DNA from: a candidate division WOR-3 bacterium | Lineage (GTDB): Bacteria > Hydrothermota > Tepidihabitantia > Tepidihabitantales > Tepidihabitantaceae | Assembly: GCA_965648905.1 (NCBI GenBank) | Contig: CBFGIT010000008.1 | Coordinates: 1 to 64,000, forward strand | Reading direction: 5' to 3' | Length of the DNA: 64,000 nt | Shown here: in pieces, positions 37,337 through 47,230 of the stretch | Layout: every line of letters starts with the position of its first letter | Numbering within the stretch: the stretch's first letter is position 1 | Made by a program: the position numbers and the translations under genes | The notes under the pieces: model-generated | The model's input: only the letters and a program-made list of their open reading frames with translations | Told to the model about the DNA's origin: nothing | The model's database searches: none

Positions 37337-38173
37337 ATGAATCCCTATCTCCCGACACCTGTCAAGGTCGCCCGCGTCACCGTTGAGAACGACGCCCGCG
37401 ACCTCAAGACCTTCGACCTCTCGTTTGTCGAACCCGAGGCCCGCAAGTCATTCAACTTCATTCCGGGCCAGTTCGCTTTCCTCTCCATCCTCGGCGTGGG
37501 CGAAGCGCCGTTCGGCATCGCCTCTGCCCCTTCCGAAGAACTAATCAAGTACACGGTCAAGCGGGTCGGTACCTTCACGACTGCGCTGCACGAGCTGGAA
37601 CCGGGCGCGGTCGTCGGCATGCGCGGGCCCTGGGGCAACTCCTACCCATTTGACCTGATGCAGGGCAAAGACGTCGTCATCGTCTCCGGCGGCTTCTCGT
37701 TCACCACCCTGCGCTCGACCATCGTCTATCTGCTCGACCCGGCCCGCCGGTCCCAGTTCGGCAGGATAACTGCGGTCTACGGTGCCCGCTCGAGCGGCGA
37801 GCTGCTCTACAAAGACGAAATCAAAGCCTGGGAATCAAGCCCCGACCTTGACCTGCACCTCTGCGTTGACCGGCTCGGCGGTGCGGCCTGGCCTAAGACC
37901 GAAGGCTTAGTCCCCAACGTGCTCAAACAGGTTGCGCCCTCAGCCGCAAACGCGGTCGCACTGGTCTGCGGTCCGCCGGTCATGATTCGCTTCACCCACC
38001 CGGTCCTGGAGCAGCTCGGATTCAGGCCGGAACATGTTTTTCTATCACTGGAGAACCGGATGAAATGCGGCATCGGCAAATGCGGCCACTGCAACATCGG
38101 GCCCAAGTACGTCTGTAAAGACGGCCCGGTCTTCTCCTACGCCCAGCTCAAGACCCTCCCGGCCGAGTACTAA
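37337..38173 (+). CDS. FAD/NAD(P)-binding subunit, AsrB/HydG/FlxA-like
   Basis: PGQF, GEAPFGI, RGPWGN, CGPPVM, MKCGIGKCGHCNIG..YVCKDGPVF. Confidence 0.9.
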   Translation: MNPYLPTPVKVARVTVENDARDLKTFDLSFVEPEARKSFNFIPGQFAFLSILGVGEAPFGIASAPSEELIKYTVKRVGTFTTALHELEPGAVVGMRGPWGNSYPFDLMQGKDVVIVSGGFSFTTLRSTIVYLLDPARRSQFGRITAVYGARSSGELLYKDEIKAWESSPDLDLHLCVDRLGGAAWPKTEGLVPNVLKQVAPSAANAVALVCGPPVMIRFTHPVLEQLGFRPEHVFLSLENRMKCGIGKCGHCNIGPKYVCKDGPVFSYAQLKTLPAEY

Positions 38174-38287
38174 CCGCCAAGTCGCCAGCGCCGGGCCTTC
38201 GGTTACCCGGTAACCACGACCTGAGATACGCTCTGCGCTTGACGCACCTCGACCATTCGTGGCGGGACGTCGCTCCGGCAACTTCGG

Positions 38288-39316
38288 TCATGCCTTCTCG
38301 TCCTGGTCCGGCGGAATCATGACCTTGTACCTCTCCCACGCCGCCAGCGCCGCTTCGCCTGCCTTGATTGCCTGCTCGGACCGCCTCTTCCAAGTCGCGA
38401 CGTAGTCGGCAATCATTCGCCGTTTGCTTTCCAGGTCCAACTCGGGAAGAGCGGCAATCGCCCCGATGATGCGCGCGGCATCGCTCAGCCGCTTGAACAT
38501 GAAGCCTTCTGCCACCAGCGGCTCCAGCGTCTCGTGCGCCGCCCGCTGCGCCTGTGACTCGACAAAGGCCTTCATCTTCGCACCGTGGTCGAGCTTCGCC
38601 CGCCGCTCGTCCCACGCCTTCTCTTTGACGGTCGTCTCACCCAGACAGACAAGCGTCGCAGACCCGGCATACACCTCGCCCTGGTTCAGCTCGAGCTCAG
38701 TGAGGACATCGCTTATCACTTCTCCCAGAGCCTCCACCATCGCCGGGTCAAGGCCCTTGCTCCTGCAGACCGCGATGCCCCGCGCCACCCGGTCTTCCAG
38801 ACGCCGCCGCTTGCGACCGGGCCAGCGCCAGTGCGCCCGGCAGATTCCTCGTGCCGTCTTCACCAGCCACTTGCGCTGGGCCGGCTTCAGGGTTTGGCCG
38901 TAGCTGTCGACCAATTGCTCCAGAGCCTCATCCAATGGCCGGCTCTCAATGACGGCGTTCTTGAACGCTTCGAGCCGGCGCTGTCGGACTTCCGGCTGCT
39001 CGGTCCTTGTCTGTGGCTCCGGCTGGGCCACCGGCTTCGTCTCCGGCTCAGGCGTCCTTGCCGTGAGCGGCCCAAGCAGGTCGAGCAGGTCGGCAAAGCC
39101 TGCCCCGCATCCGCGCAGGTAGTCCACGACCAGGCCGAACGATGGATAGGGAACCTTGCCGCGCTCCAACTGGCTGGCCAGGACTGCCGCGCCTTTGCCG
39201 GCCCTGCCTGCCCGCGCCATCAACTTAGCCTGGGTCAGACCCGCCCGCAGCCGCAGCGAACGCAGCCGGGCACCCAATTCAGGTGTGAATCTGGCCGTAT
39301 CAGCACAACGTTTCAT
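38288..39316 (-). CDS. XRE-type helix-turn-helix protein with unrecognised helical C-terminus
   Basis: LGARLRSLRLRAGLTQAKL...SQLERGKVPYPS; upstream TTGCAG-N17-TATAAT. Confidence 0.8.
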   Translation of the reverse strand: MKRCADTARFTPELGARLRSLRLRAGLTQAKLMARAGRAGKGAAVLASQLERGKVPYPSFGLVVDYLRGCGAGFADLLDLLGPLTARTPEPETKPVAQPEPQTRTEQPEVRQRRLEAFKNAVIESRPLDEALEQLVDSYGQTLKPAQRKWLVKTARGICRAHWRWPGRKRRRLEDRVARGIAVCRSKGLDPAMVEALGEVISDVLTELELNQGEVYAGSATLVCLGETTVKEKAWDERRAKLDHGAKMKAFVESQAQRAAHETLEPLVAEGFMFKRLSDAARIIGAIAALPELDLESKRRMIADYVATWKRRSEQAIKAGEAALAAWERYKVMIPPDQDEKA

Positions 39317-39433
39317 GGCTGTCCGCCTTTCCCCTCCATTATATTGAAAGACTAAGCGACCTGCAATCCGGTCAAGTGAGACAACGCCAGCCGATTAAAC
39401 GACTTAGCCGCCAGCAGCCGTCGTTCTCAACCC

Positions 39434-39709
39434 CCCAGGGGGAACGGTCTGGGGAGCGGTAAGGGAGACGGCGGCCCGAGCCGCTTTCCCGGCCCAGAAC
39501 CCGGCGGTTTCGCCCGCGTCTCCCCTTGCGGCTTTCCCTGTGGCTCGGCCTGTTGCTCAGGCAGTCGCAGAGATTTCGGCAGACCGGGCCGCAGCGACAG
39601 CGGCAGGCCGAGCAGAACCCGGAGTCGCAATCAGGGCGGCTCGGCTCATCGCTCGCCACGCGGCTCACCGTGCCGACCTCCTCGCGGCCCGGCGCGCCGC
39701 AAGGGCAGC
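39434..39709 (-). repeat. degenerate 12-bp-period array C (23 units)
   Basis: Plus-strand units ggtctggggagc, ggtaagggagac, ggcggcccgagc, cgctttcccggc...cgcaagggcagc; 19 of 23 end in GC/GT. Confidence 0.88.
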
Positions 39710-39715
39710 AGCCGC

Positions 39716-40681
39716 CTAAATCGCTTCGATAGTCGACGGCGGCTTGGCCGTGATATTATAGGTCACGCTCACCACACCCGGCACTTCGGTCGTGATGCGT
39801 GAGGCGAGCCTCTCCAGCTTCTCGAACGGCAGACGAGTCACGGTCGCGGTGACTGCGTCCGTGCTCTCCCAGCACCGGACCTCAATCTGGTGTCCGAAGT
39901 CCCGCTTGCCTGCCCTCATGCCGGTCACCCTGTCGTTGTGCAGGATGGCAAGAAACTGGAACGCGCCCGAGCCCTTAAGTTCCTGCTCGACAATCAGGGT
40001 CGCCTTGCGCACGACCGCAACGCGCTCGGGCGTCACCTCGCCGATGACGCGCGCGGCCAGAGCCGGGCCTGGGAACGGCGGCCGGGCAAAGATTTCTTCG
40101 GGCAGGCCGAGTTCCTTGCCCACGCGGCGAATCCCGGTCTTGCGCAGTTGCAGCACCGGCTCAAGTACTCGGTACCCGAACGCGGCCTGGGTGTCGATGC
40201 CGAGTTGTTCGAGAATGTTGTGCTGCCGCTTCACGCCCGCGACCGTCTCCTCAACGTCGGTCCAGTTCGTGCCCTGCAACAAGTACTTGGCCCCGCTCTC
40301 CTTCACGAGGCGACCGAACACCTTCTTGTAGAAAGTCTGAGTAATCGCCTCGCGCTTCTCCTCCGGGTCGGTCAGCCCTTCAAGCGCGGCGAAGAACTCG
40401 TCCTCGGCGTGGACCAGTTCGACCGCAACGCCCAGCTTCCTGAACACCTCGACGATGTACTCCGGCTCGCCCTCACGCATGATGCCGTTGGCGATGAAGA
40501 AGGTCTTCAGCCGCTCGCCCAGCGCGCGGTGGCCGATCATCGTCACGACCGACGAATCCACGCCACCGGACAAGGCGTTCACGGCCCGGCCGCTTCCCAC
40601 GGTCCTCTTCAGGCTCTCGACCTGCTCGGCGACAAACTGCTTCGGATTCAGCTCTTCAAGCGGTATCTCTTTGACGTTCAC
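39716..40681 (-). CDS. guaA: GMP synthase ATP-pyrophosphatase subunit only (subunit B type)
   Basis: ALSGGVDSSV, DPEEKR, LLQGT, PFPGPALAARV, YNITAKPPSTIE; no glutamine amidotransferase domain. Confidence 0.88.
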   Translation of the reverse strand: MNVKEIPLEELNPKQFVAEQVESLKRTVGSGRAVNALSGGVDSSVVTMIGHRALGERLKTFFIANGIMREGEPEYIVEVFRKLGVAVELVHAEDEFFAALEGLTDPEEKREAITQTFYKKVFGRLVKESGAKYLLQGTNWTDVEETVAGVKRQHNILEQLGIDTQAAFGYRVLEPVLQLRKTGIRRVGKELGLPEEIFARPPFPGPALAARVIGEVTPERVAVVRKATLIVEQELKGSGAFQFLAILHNDRVTGMRAGKRDFGHQIEVRCWESTDAVTATVTRLPFEKLERLASRITTEVPGVVSVTYNITAKPPSTIEAI

Positions 40682-40784
40682 TCTGTCTCCGTTTCGGGTT
40701 TGTTGTGCACTTGCACTAGGCTAGCCACGACCGGCGTGAGGTCAAGCATAAGAAGTAGGTGACTGTCCCTAGTTTCGTGGCGAG

Positions 40785-40813
40785 AAGCGGGCCGGGTGTT
40801 GCCCGGCCCGCTT
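40785..40813 (-). terminator. hairpin after S8 peptidase gene
   Basis: AAGCGGGCCGGG-tgttg-CCCGGCCCGCTT. Confidence 0.7.
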
Positions 40814-40834
40814 GAAGGTGATGAGCGGTTTCGG

Positions 40835-43558
40835 CTAGTTGCTCTTGACCAGCTTGACCGTGCCCGAGAACTCGCCGGCCTGCATCTGCACGTAGTAGAT
40901 GCCGGTGCCGACCGTCTGTCCGGCATCGTTCACGCCGTTCCACAGCAGGGCGTAGTACCCGGGCCGCTGCGCGCCGGCAAACAGAGTCCTGACCTGTCGG
41001 CCGTCCGCCGAATAGACCGTGATGCGCACGTCAACCGAGCGCGGCAGTTCGTACCGCACGCCTGCGACCGCCGCGGACGGATTGGCGCCAAGGCTTCTGA
41101 TGCTGAACCGCCTGGGCAACTCGGCTCCACCTACGACACCGGTGAGCGGAATAACCTGAAACGAGTCCGAGACCATGTCGTTAGCCGGGTTCTCGTCGCC
41201 GGCTAGGAGCGTCCTGGCCTGAGCTGCGAACCAGCCGACCGGCTGTGCCACCCAGTTCGCAAAGCTGACCGTGTCGGTTGCCCCTGAGGCAATGGTCACT
41301 GACTGCGTGTCGGCATAGCCCGAGCTGATAAGGAACTCAACGTCAAAAGTCTCAGGCGACGAGCCGAGATTGACAACCACGGCCTGCGGCACTATCACCA
41401 GCCCTGAGTCAACCTGACCGACCGGCGCGACAATCACATGCGCAGCCACGTCGTGAGTGAGTGCGACCGGCGTGATGTCGCCGGTGATGGTCCAGGCAAA
41501 CGGCTGTTTCGAGCCGGTCGCGACGTTCTGTGCGCCGACCCAGATTGCCCACTCGCCGGTGTCAGGCGCGTTGATGCGCGCGCACTCTTCGACGTTGACC
41601 GCGTCCCAGGTGCCGGGGTTGGGCTGGGACTGACCGCCCGAGTACTTGTTACCCCGGTACTCAGTGCCGCCCGGCGCGATCAGTTCGAGGTTCAGGTCGT
41701 TGACCAGTGTCGGGTTGGCGCTGGGCGCGGCCGCGGTATCGGTCCACGCCAGGCACGCACGCAGCGGGATAGACGAGTTGACGCGGAAGCGAATCTCCTT
41801 GAACTGACCGGTGGCAAGCCCGACCGTGTCGTCCATTATCATGAGCTTGCGCTCATCGCCCGGGAAATAGAGCACCGAGTCGGCATCGATGCGGCCCCAG
41901 CCGATGTCAAAGCTCGGGACTGTGTACGAACCGACGTTCGGGTCCGCCGACACCATTGCCATCGAACGCAGCAGGGCCGCGCTGATATAGCTGATGCGGT
42001 TCTGCGGCTCGGGCGTGCCGGTCGGGTAGTACCCTTCCTGCAGGTAGCAGCGCATCAGGCCGACCGTGCCGTTCGCGGTCGGCGTGGCCATCGAGGTACC
42101 GGACATCTGCGAGTAGGTGTTGGCGCCGGTGTTCCGAGCCGACCAGATGTCCACGCCCGGGGCCACGACGTTGGGCTTGATGCGGTTGTCCTGGGTCGGG
42201 CCGCGGCTTGAGAAGCTGGCAATCGTGTTGGAGCTGGTGCCGCGATTGGTCGCGCCGATGGTCAGCACGTTCTTGGCGATGCCGGGGTTACGCAGCCGCC
42301 GGGTCGAAGTCTCGTTGCCCGCAGCCATCAGGTTCATGAAGTCCTTGTGCGCCCAGCCGAATGCGTCGGTCGAGGCGTCCTGAATCAGGTACGTTCCCTG
42401 GGTATTAGACCAGCCCCACGAGCCGGAATGCTGTTTGATTGGCCGAACCGAGTCGGGCAGAGTGCGGCCGAGGTAGACCGTGTCCCACATCGGCGTGTGG
42501 TCGGTCGGCACGAGGAACGACGTGCCGTTGGTGATGTCCACAAAGTAGTACCGCGCATCCCTGGCCATGCCGTCGTAATAGCTCGTGCCGCCGGTCACCG
42601 AGTCGTCACCACAGATACTGCCCGCCACATGGCTGCCGTGATACTGGCCTTCGCTTACGTCGGCCGAGCCGAACCGCTTGTACGCGACCACCTTGCGGTG
42701 GTCCGGCCACACTCCGGGCGGCGTGATGGCCAGCGCCGGGTCGCGGAACATGTCGTGCCCGGTATTGAGACCGGTGTCGGTCGCGGACATGATGACGCCC
42801 TGGCCGCGCACGCCGTTGCGCCATACCGGCCGCGCTGCCATGCTCGTATCCGGCGGCGACGTGGCCAGGTACCCGCTCTGCATCACCCATTGTGACGTGT
42901 TGTTGCAGAACGAGCCTTCGCGGAACTCCTGAATCCAGAACGTCTGAGACAGGCGGGCAACCGCAGCAATGTCGTCCGGCTCAAGTGCGGCCGTGATGGT
43001 CGTGCCGAAGCTCGATGTCATCTTCTCCTCCACGACACCGCCAGCAGCCTCGATCGCATCGGTGATGGCAGTCGGGTCTTCGCCCTGCATAGCCAGGATG
43101 ACCACACGCTTCATTCCGACCTCGTCGAGCAGACCGGGCTCGAGCTTGTACGCCGGCTGGAACAGCCCGACCCAGCGCACGAATGGCCGGGCCTTGGCCT
43201 GGGCGACCTGGTTCGGGTCGAGCTTGGCCAGCATCGCGTAGTGCGGCACATAACCGAACACTCTGATGCCGTGCTCCTTTAGAGCCGAAACCCATGCCTG
43301 CTCAATCGGCCCGGTGAACTGCACGATGTAGTACTGGGTCGCCTGCCCGGTGCCGTCGAGCCTGAGTTCGGCCGGCAATGGTGGCTCGCCGGTGCGAGTG
43401 TCGATGACGTAGCCGCTTGAGAAACTGATGAAATTGGCTTCTTCTCCGGTAACCGGCTTGAACCTGCCCACCGGCCCCATGTCATACTTCGGGACGGCAA
43501 GCACCGGAACCGCCAGTACCGCAAGCAGCAGAGGTACTGCCTTTGATAGATGTCTCAT
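40835..43558 (-). CDS. S8 peptidase (KP-43-like) with CARDB and FlgD-Ig/T9SS C-terminal domain
   Basis: YYIVQFTGPI prodomain, TDTG / YHGSHVAG / SGTSMATP, LVNDLNL, WNGVNDAG..VGTGIYY. Confidence 0.92.
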   Translation of the reverse strand: MRHLSKAVPLLLAVLAVPVLAVPKYDMGPVGRFKPVTGEEANFISFSSGYVIDTRTGEPPLPAELRLDGTGQATQYYIVQFTGPIEQAWVSALKEHGIRVFGYVPHYAMLAKLDPNQVAQAKARPFVRWVGLFQPAYKLEPGLLDEVGMKRVVILAMQGEDPTAITDAIEAAGGVVEEKMTSSFGTTITAALEPDDIAAVARLSQTFWIQEFREGSFCNNTSQWVMQSGYLATSPPDTSMAARPVWRNGVRGQGVIMSATDTGLNTGHDMFRDPALAITPPGVWPDHRKVVAYKRFGSADVSEGQYHGSHVAGSICGDDSVTGGTSYYDGMARDARYYFVDITNGTSFLVPTDHTPMWDTVYLGRTLPDSVRPIKQHSGSWGWSNTQGTYLIQDASTDAFGWAHKDFMNLMAAGNETSTRRLRNPGIAKNVLTIGATNRGTSSNTIASFSSRGPTQDNRIKPNVVAPGVDIWSARNTGANTYSQMSGTSMATPTANGTVGLMRCYLQEGYYPTGTPEPQNRISYISAALLRSMAMVSADPNVGSYTVPSFDIGWGRIDADSVLYFPGDERKLMIMDDTVGLATGQFKEIRFRVNSSIPLRACLAWTDTAAAPSANPTLVNDLNLELIAPGGTEYRGNKYSGGQSQPNPGTWDAVNVEECARINAPDTGEWAIWVGAQNVATGSKQPFAWTITGDITPVALTHDVAAHVIVAPVGQVDSGLVIVPQAVVVNLGSSPETFDVEFLISSGYADTQSVTIASGATDTVSFANWVAQPVGWFAAQARTLLAGDENPANDMVSDSFQVIPLTGVVGGAELPRRFSIRSLGANPSAAVAGVRYELPRSVDVRITVYSADGRQVRTLFAGAQRPGYYALLWNGVNDAGQTVGTGIYYVQMQAGEFSGTVKLVKSN

Positions 43559-43727
43559 GAACGCTCCTGTTGAGTCGCTTTACTGACCTCTTGCCGCCTG
43601 CGCTACGGCAAGACGAGAATTCGGAATCAGATATATTACATTGGACTGATGCTTCGGTCAAACGGTTCGAAACCCGGGCAGCATCATGCTCGGCCGAGCT
43701 GACCGAAGAGAAGTTGAGACAAAAAGC

Positions 43728-43752
43728 AGCCGGCCCGCTGACGGGCCGGCTC
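43728..43752 (-). terminator. terminator after ftsZ
   Basis: AGCCGGCCCG-ctga-CGGGCCGGCT with adjacent minus-strand T tract. Confidence 0.7.
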
Positions 43753-43833
43753 TGTCTGGCATGTCGGAGGCTATAACACGCCCGACTCGGAACTACTTAC
43801 CGTTCACACACCGCTCGCCGCGTGCCGCAGCGT

Positions 43834-44931
43834 CTAGTCCATCTGCCGACGGATGAAAGCCGGCACGTCAAGGTTGGACTTGTCCAGAGTGAGCACCGTC
43901 TCCCGGCCGACGCGCCGGCGCGTGATGGGAAACAGGTCAACGTGCTCAAGCAGGTCGGAGACATCGGCCAGTCGGGGCAATGGCTCGTTCAGCCCGGTCG
44001 CGATGAGCGTGACCTTGACCGTGTCGCGCAGGGACCGTGACCGGGCCGCGCCCAGGCGGACGTCAGCCTGACCATTGGTCGCGTGATAGACCGCAGTCGC
44101 GGCCTGGTCGACTTCTTTGAGCGTCATCGTCTCGTCACCGGTGATGTTCAGCAGCACTTTGCGCGCGGTCTCCACGGCCATGTCTTCAATCAACGGCGAG
44201 TGCAGGGCCCGCTGCGCTGCCTCGACCGCCCGGCCATCGCCGTTGGCCATGCCGACCGACATGACCGCGCCGCCCCGCTCCGACATCACCGACCGGACGT
44301 CGGCAAAGTCGATATTGATGAGCTGGCGGGTAATGACGATTTCGGCAATGCCCCGCACCGCATCGAGCAGGACCTCATCGGCCAGCCGGAACGCCTCAAA
44401 GCAGGGCTGTTCGCCGTAGACCTCGAGCACGCGCTGGTTGGGCAGGACAATGAGCGTGTCGACGCTCGGCCGCAGGGCTTCGATACCCCCGGCGGCCTTT
44501 TCTTCGCGTGCCCGGCCTTCGAAAGTGAACGGCCGGGTGACAACCGCGACCACGAGCGCGCCCTGACGCTTCGCTTCCTGGGCGATGACCGGTGCGGCGC
44601 CTGTCCCTGTACCGCCACCCTCGCCCGCAGCGATGAAGACCATATCGAACCCGGCCAGATTCTCGCGCAGGGTCTCGATTGACTCCTCGGCGGCCTGACG
44701 TCCGATTTGCGGATTGCCGCCTGAACCCAGGCCGCCGGTCAACTGTGCGCCGATCTGCACCTTGTTCGGCGCGAGTGACATCGAGAGTGCCTGCAGGTCG
44801 GTGTTGACCGCGTAGTGCTCGACGCCGGTCACGTTTGCGGCCATCATGTGATTGATGGCGTTGCAGCCGGCGCCGCCGACTCCGAACACGCCAATCCGGG
44901 TGAGCGTTCGTTCCTCAACCGGTTCGATCAT
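43834..44931 (-). CDS. ftsZ: cell division protein FtsZ
   Basis: GVGGAGCNA, NTDLQAL, GGGTGTG, INIDFADV, DVPAFIRRQMD; GGAGG SD before ATG 44931. Confidence 0.97.
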   Translation of the reverse strand: MIEPVEERTLTRIGVFGVGGAGCNAINHMMAANVTGVEHYAVNTDLQALSMSLAPNKVQIGAQLTGGLGSGGNPQIGRQAAEESIETLRENLAGFDMVFIAAGEGGGTGTGAAPVIAQEAKRQGALVVAVVTRPFTFEGRAREEKAAGGIEALRPSVDTLIVLPNQRVLEVYGEQPCFEAFRLADEVLLDAVRGIAEIVITRQLINIDFADVRSVMSERGGAVMSVGMANGDGRAVEAAQRALHSPLIEDMAVETARKVLLNITGDETMTLKEVDQAATAVYHATNGQADVRLGAARSRSLRDTVKVTLIATGLNEPLPRLADVSDLLEHVDLFPITRRRVGRETVLTLDKSNLDVPAFIRRQMD

Positions 44932-45021
44932 GCTTTGCCTCCTTTGTTTGAAACCACTAATCAGCACCCGGCCGTCGGGCCGCAACCAACTCCGGTGTCG
45001 TTCGCGGCCGATGGTCGAACA

Positions 45022-46242
45022 TCATACGAACCAGCTCCTGATTTCGTCCAGGAGCGAGTCCCAGAATCTTGCGCCTGGGGCCCGGGATGCCCAGCGGCCT
45101 TCCAGCCCGCCGCGGACCAGCCCGACCGCAGTGGCGAATGACGGGTCGCGGCTGACCTCGTCCGGCCCGGACAGCCGGTCAGGACGACCGATCCGCACCG
45201 GCATTCCAAACACCTGCTCTGCCAGGACGTCAATGCCGGGAAGCAGAGCGCCGCCGCCGGTCAGAACCACGCCCGCGGCCAGACCCTCGACCAGACCGGA
45301 CTTGCGCAGCTCGGCATCGGCCATGGTCAGGATTTCCTCAGCCCTTGGTTCGATAATCGAAGCCAGCAGCCGCCGGGAAACCTGCTTGGGCCCCCGGCCT
45401 GAGGCATCCTCAACCGGAATCGACTCGTCCTTGTCCACAAGGCTGGCCATTGCCACGCCGTGCCGGCGCTTCAGTTCCTCGGCCTGGCTGTAAGTCGTAC
45501 GCACTCCGATCGCCACGTCTTTGGTGATGTTGCCCGCGCCGACCGGCAGCAGCTTCGTGAACCGGATTTCGCCGTCGCGGTAGATCGACAGGTCGGTCAC
45601 ACCGCCTAGGTCAACGAGCACCACCCCCTGGTCCCGGTCCTCCTGGTCACAGACGCCGGACATCGTCGCGATCGACTGAAGCATCAGTGACCGGTTCCTG
45701 ACGTCGAGCTGGTCGAGCACGCGATACAGGTTCGCCACCGCCGTGACCGCCCCGATGATCAGCATCGCCTCGACTTCAAGCCGAACCCCAAACAGGCCCA
45801 GCGGGTTACGCACGCCTTTCTGGCCGTCAACGATGAACTGGGTCGGCACGACGTGCAGTATCTGCTCGTCGTTCGGCAGCCGGATTGTCTGGGCCTGCTT
45901 GATGACGTCCTCAACGTCGCGCGCGCTGATGCCGCGCTGGGGCCGGCGCACCGGAACCGCCCCGACTCCGGCGATGTGCTTGACGTGCTCGCCCGAGACT
46001 CCAACGTAGACCGGGTAGGCACGGAACTTGCCGCCTGAGGTCGCCTCGGCCGCCTTGACCGCGGTTTCGACCGACCCGGTCGCCTTGTCCAAATTGATAA
46101 CCACGCCCTGCCTGAACCCGTCCGGCGGCGCCGTCCCGAACCCGACGATGCTCGTCTTGCCCGCGTTGTCGGTCTCGGCAATTACGACCGCCACCTTGGT
46201 ACTCCCGATGTCGACTGCTGCGGTTCTCCTAACTCTTGCCAT
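45022..46242 (-). CDS. ftsA: cell division protein FtsA
   Basis: DIGSTKV, VDLGG, AEELKRRHG, VLTGGGA, ATAVGL. Confidence 0.96.
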   Translation of the reverse strand: MARVRRTAAVDIGSTKVAVVIAETDNAGKTSIVGFGTAPPDGFRQGVVINLDKATGSVETAVKAAEATSGGKFRAYPVYVGVSGEHVKHIAGVGAVPVRRPQRGISARDVEDVIKQAQTIRLPNDEQILHVVPTQFIVDGQKGVRNPLGLFGVRLEVEAMLIIGAVTAVANLYRVLDQLDVRNRSLMLQSIATMSGVCDQEDRDQGVVLVDLGGVTDLSIYRDGEIRFTKLLPVGAGNITKDVAIGVRTTYSQAEELKRRHGVAMASLVDKDESIPVEDASGRGPKQVSRRLLASIIEPRAEEILTMADAELRKSGLVEGLAAGVVLTGGGALLPGIDVLAEQVFGMPVRIGRPDRLSGPDEVSRDPSFATAVGLVRGGLEGRWASRAPGARFWDSLLDEIRSWFV

Positions 46243-47230
46243 TGAACTGCCTCCTTGGGAACGGTTGCGCCATGCCGGGAAGTATGCGCACCTCTTCTTC
46301 GAGGAGTATGCCCGTCTTTTCCTCGACCGTCGCTTTCACAATCTGAGCCAGCTCATAGACGTCAGCGCAGCGCGCGCCCCCGGCATTGACGATGAAGTTG
46401 GCATGCTTCATCGAGACGCGCGCGCCGCCGACGCTACGGCCCTTCAGGCCGCACTCCTCAATCAACCGGGCAGCCGGAATCCTCGGCTCAGAACCTGCCG
46501 TCCGTGACTCCGGATTCTTGAAGAATGACCCGGCCGAAGGCTCGGGCGGGTGGATTGCCCGGCGTCGCTGCCGTACCTGGTCGGCAGTCTGACCCTGGGA
46601 AGAAACCGGTTCGAGCCGGAACCGGACCCGGGTCGCCACCAGCCCGTCGTCAATCAACGGCTCCCGGTAGCGTACGGTCAGCTCTTCGCGCCGACGTCGC
46701 CAGGGACGACCGACGCGGTCCAGTCCGCTCACTTCGACGATAACGTCGGCGATACACCGACCGAACGCACCGGCATTGGAAGCAAGCGCACCGCCTACGG
46801 TTCCGGGTATGCCGGCCAGAAACTCAACTCCGCCCAGCCCGGCGGCCTGAACTGCGCTAACCACATCGTCGAGCCTTGCACCAGCCCCGGCCTCGATGAA
46901 TCCCGAACCCTGGCCGTCCGACCGCGGATACGCCGCACCGGATACTGGGGAAACGTTGGCCAGAGCACCACCCAGCCTGACCACGACTCCGGCCAGACCC
47001 TGGTCCGACACGAGCACGTTCGTGCCCCGACCCAGGACCCGGCAGTCAACCAGCTCCTCATGGCAGAAGCCGAGCACACGGGCCAGGGCCGGCTCGGCTC
47101 TCACTTCGAGCATCAACTCGGCGTCGCCACCGATGCGGAAACTGGTGTGACGGGCGAGCGGCTCAGCCGGCCGAAACTCGACGTCGTCGTCGGCTAGAGC
47201 TGCTTCAAGACCTCGTCGCCAATCGTCCAT
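46229..47230 (-). CDS. murB: UDP-N-acetylenolpyruvoylglucosamine reductase
   Basis: HTSFRIGG, GRGTNVLV, GIPGTVGG, SAGSFFKNP, HANFIVN. Confidence 0.95.
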   Translation of the reverse strand: MDDWRRGLEAALADDDVEFRPAEPLARHTSFRIGGDAELMLEVRAEPALARVLGFCHEELVDCRVLGRGTNVLVSDQGLAGVVVRLGGALANVSPVSGAAYPRSDGQGSGFIEAGAGARLDDVVSAVQAAGLGGVEFLAGIPGTVGGALASNAGAFGRCIADVIVEVSGLDRVGRPWRRRREELTVRYREPLIDDGLVATRVRFRLEPVSSQGQTADQVRQRRRAIHPPEPSAGSFFKNPESRTAGSEPRIPAARLIEECGLKGRSVGGARVSMKHANFIVNAGGARCADVYELAQIVKATVEEKTGILLEEEVRILPGMAQPFPRRQFNGKS

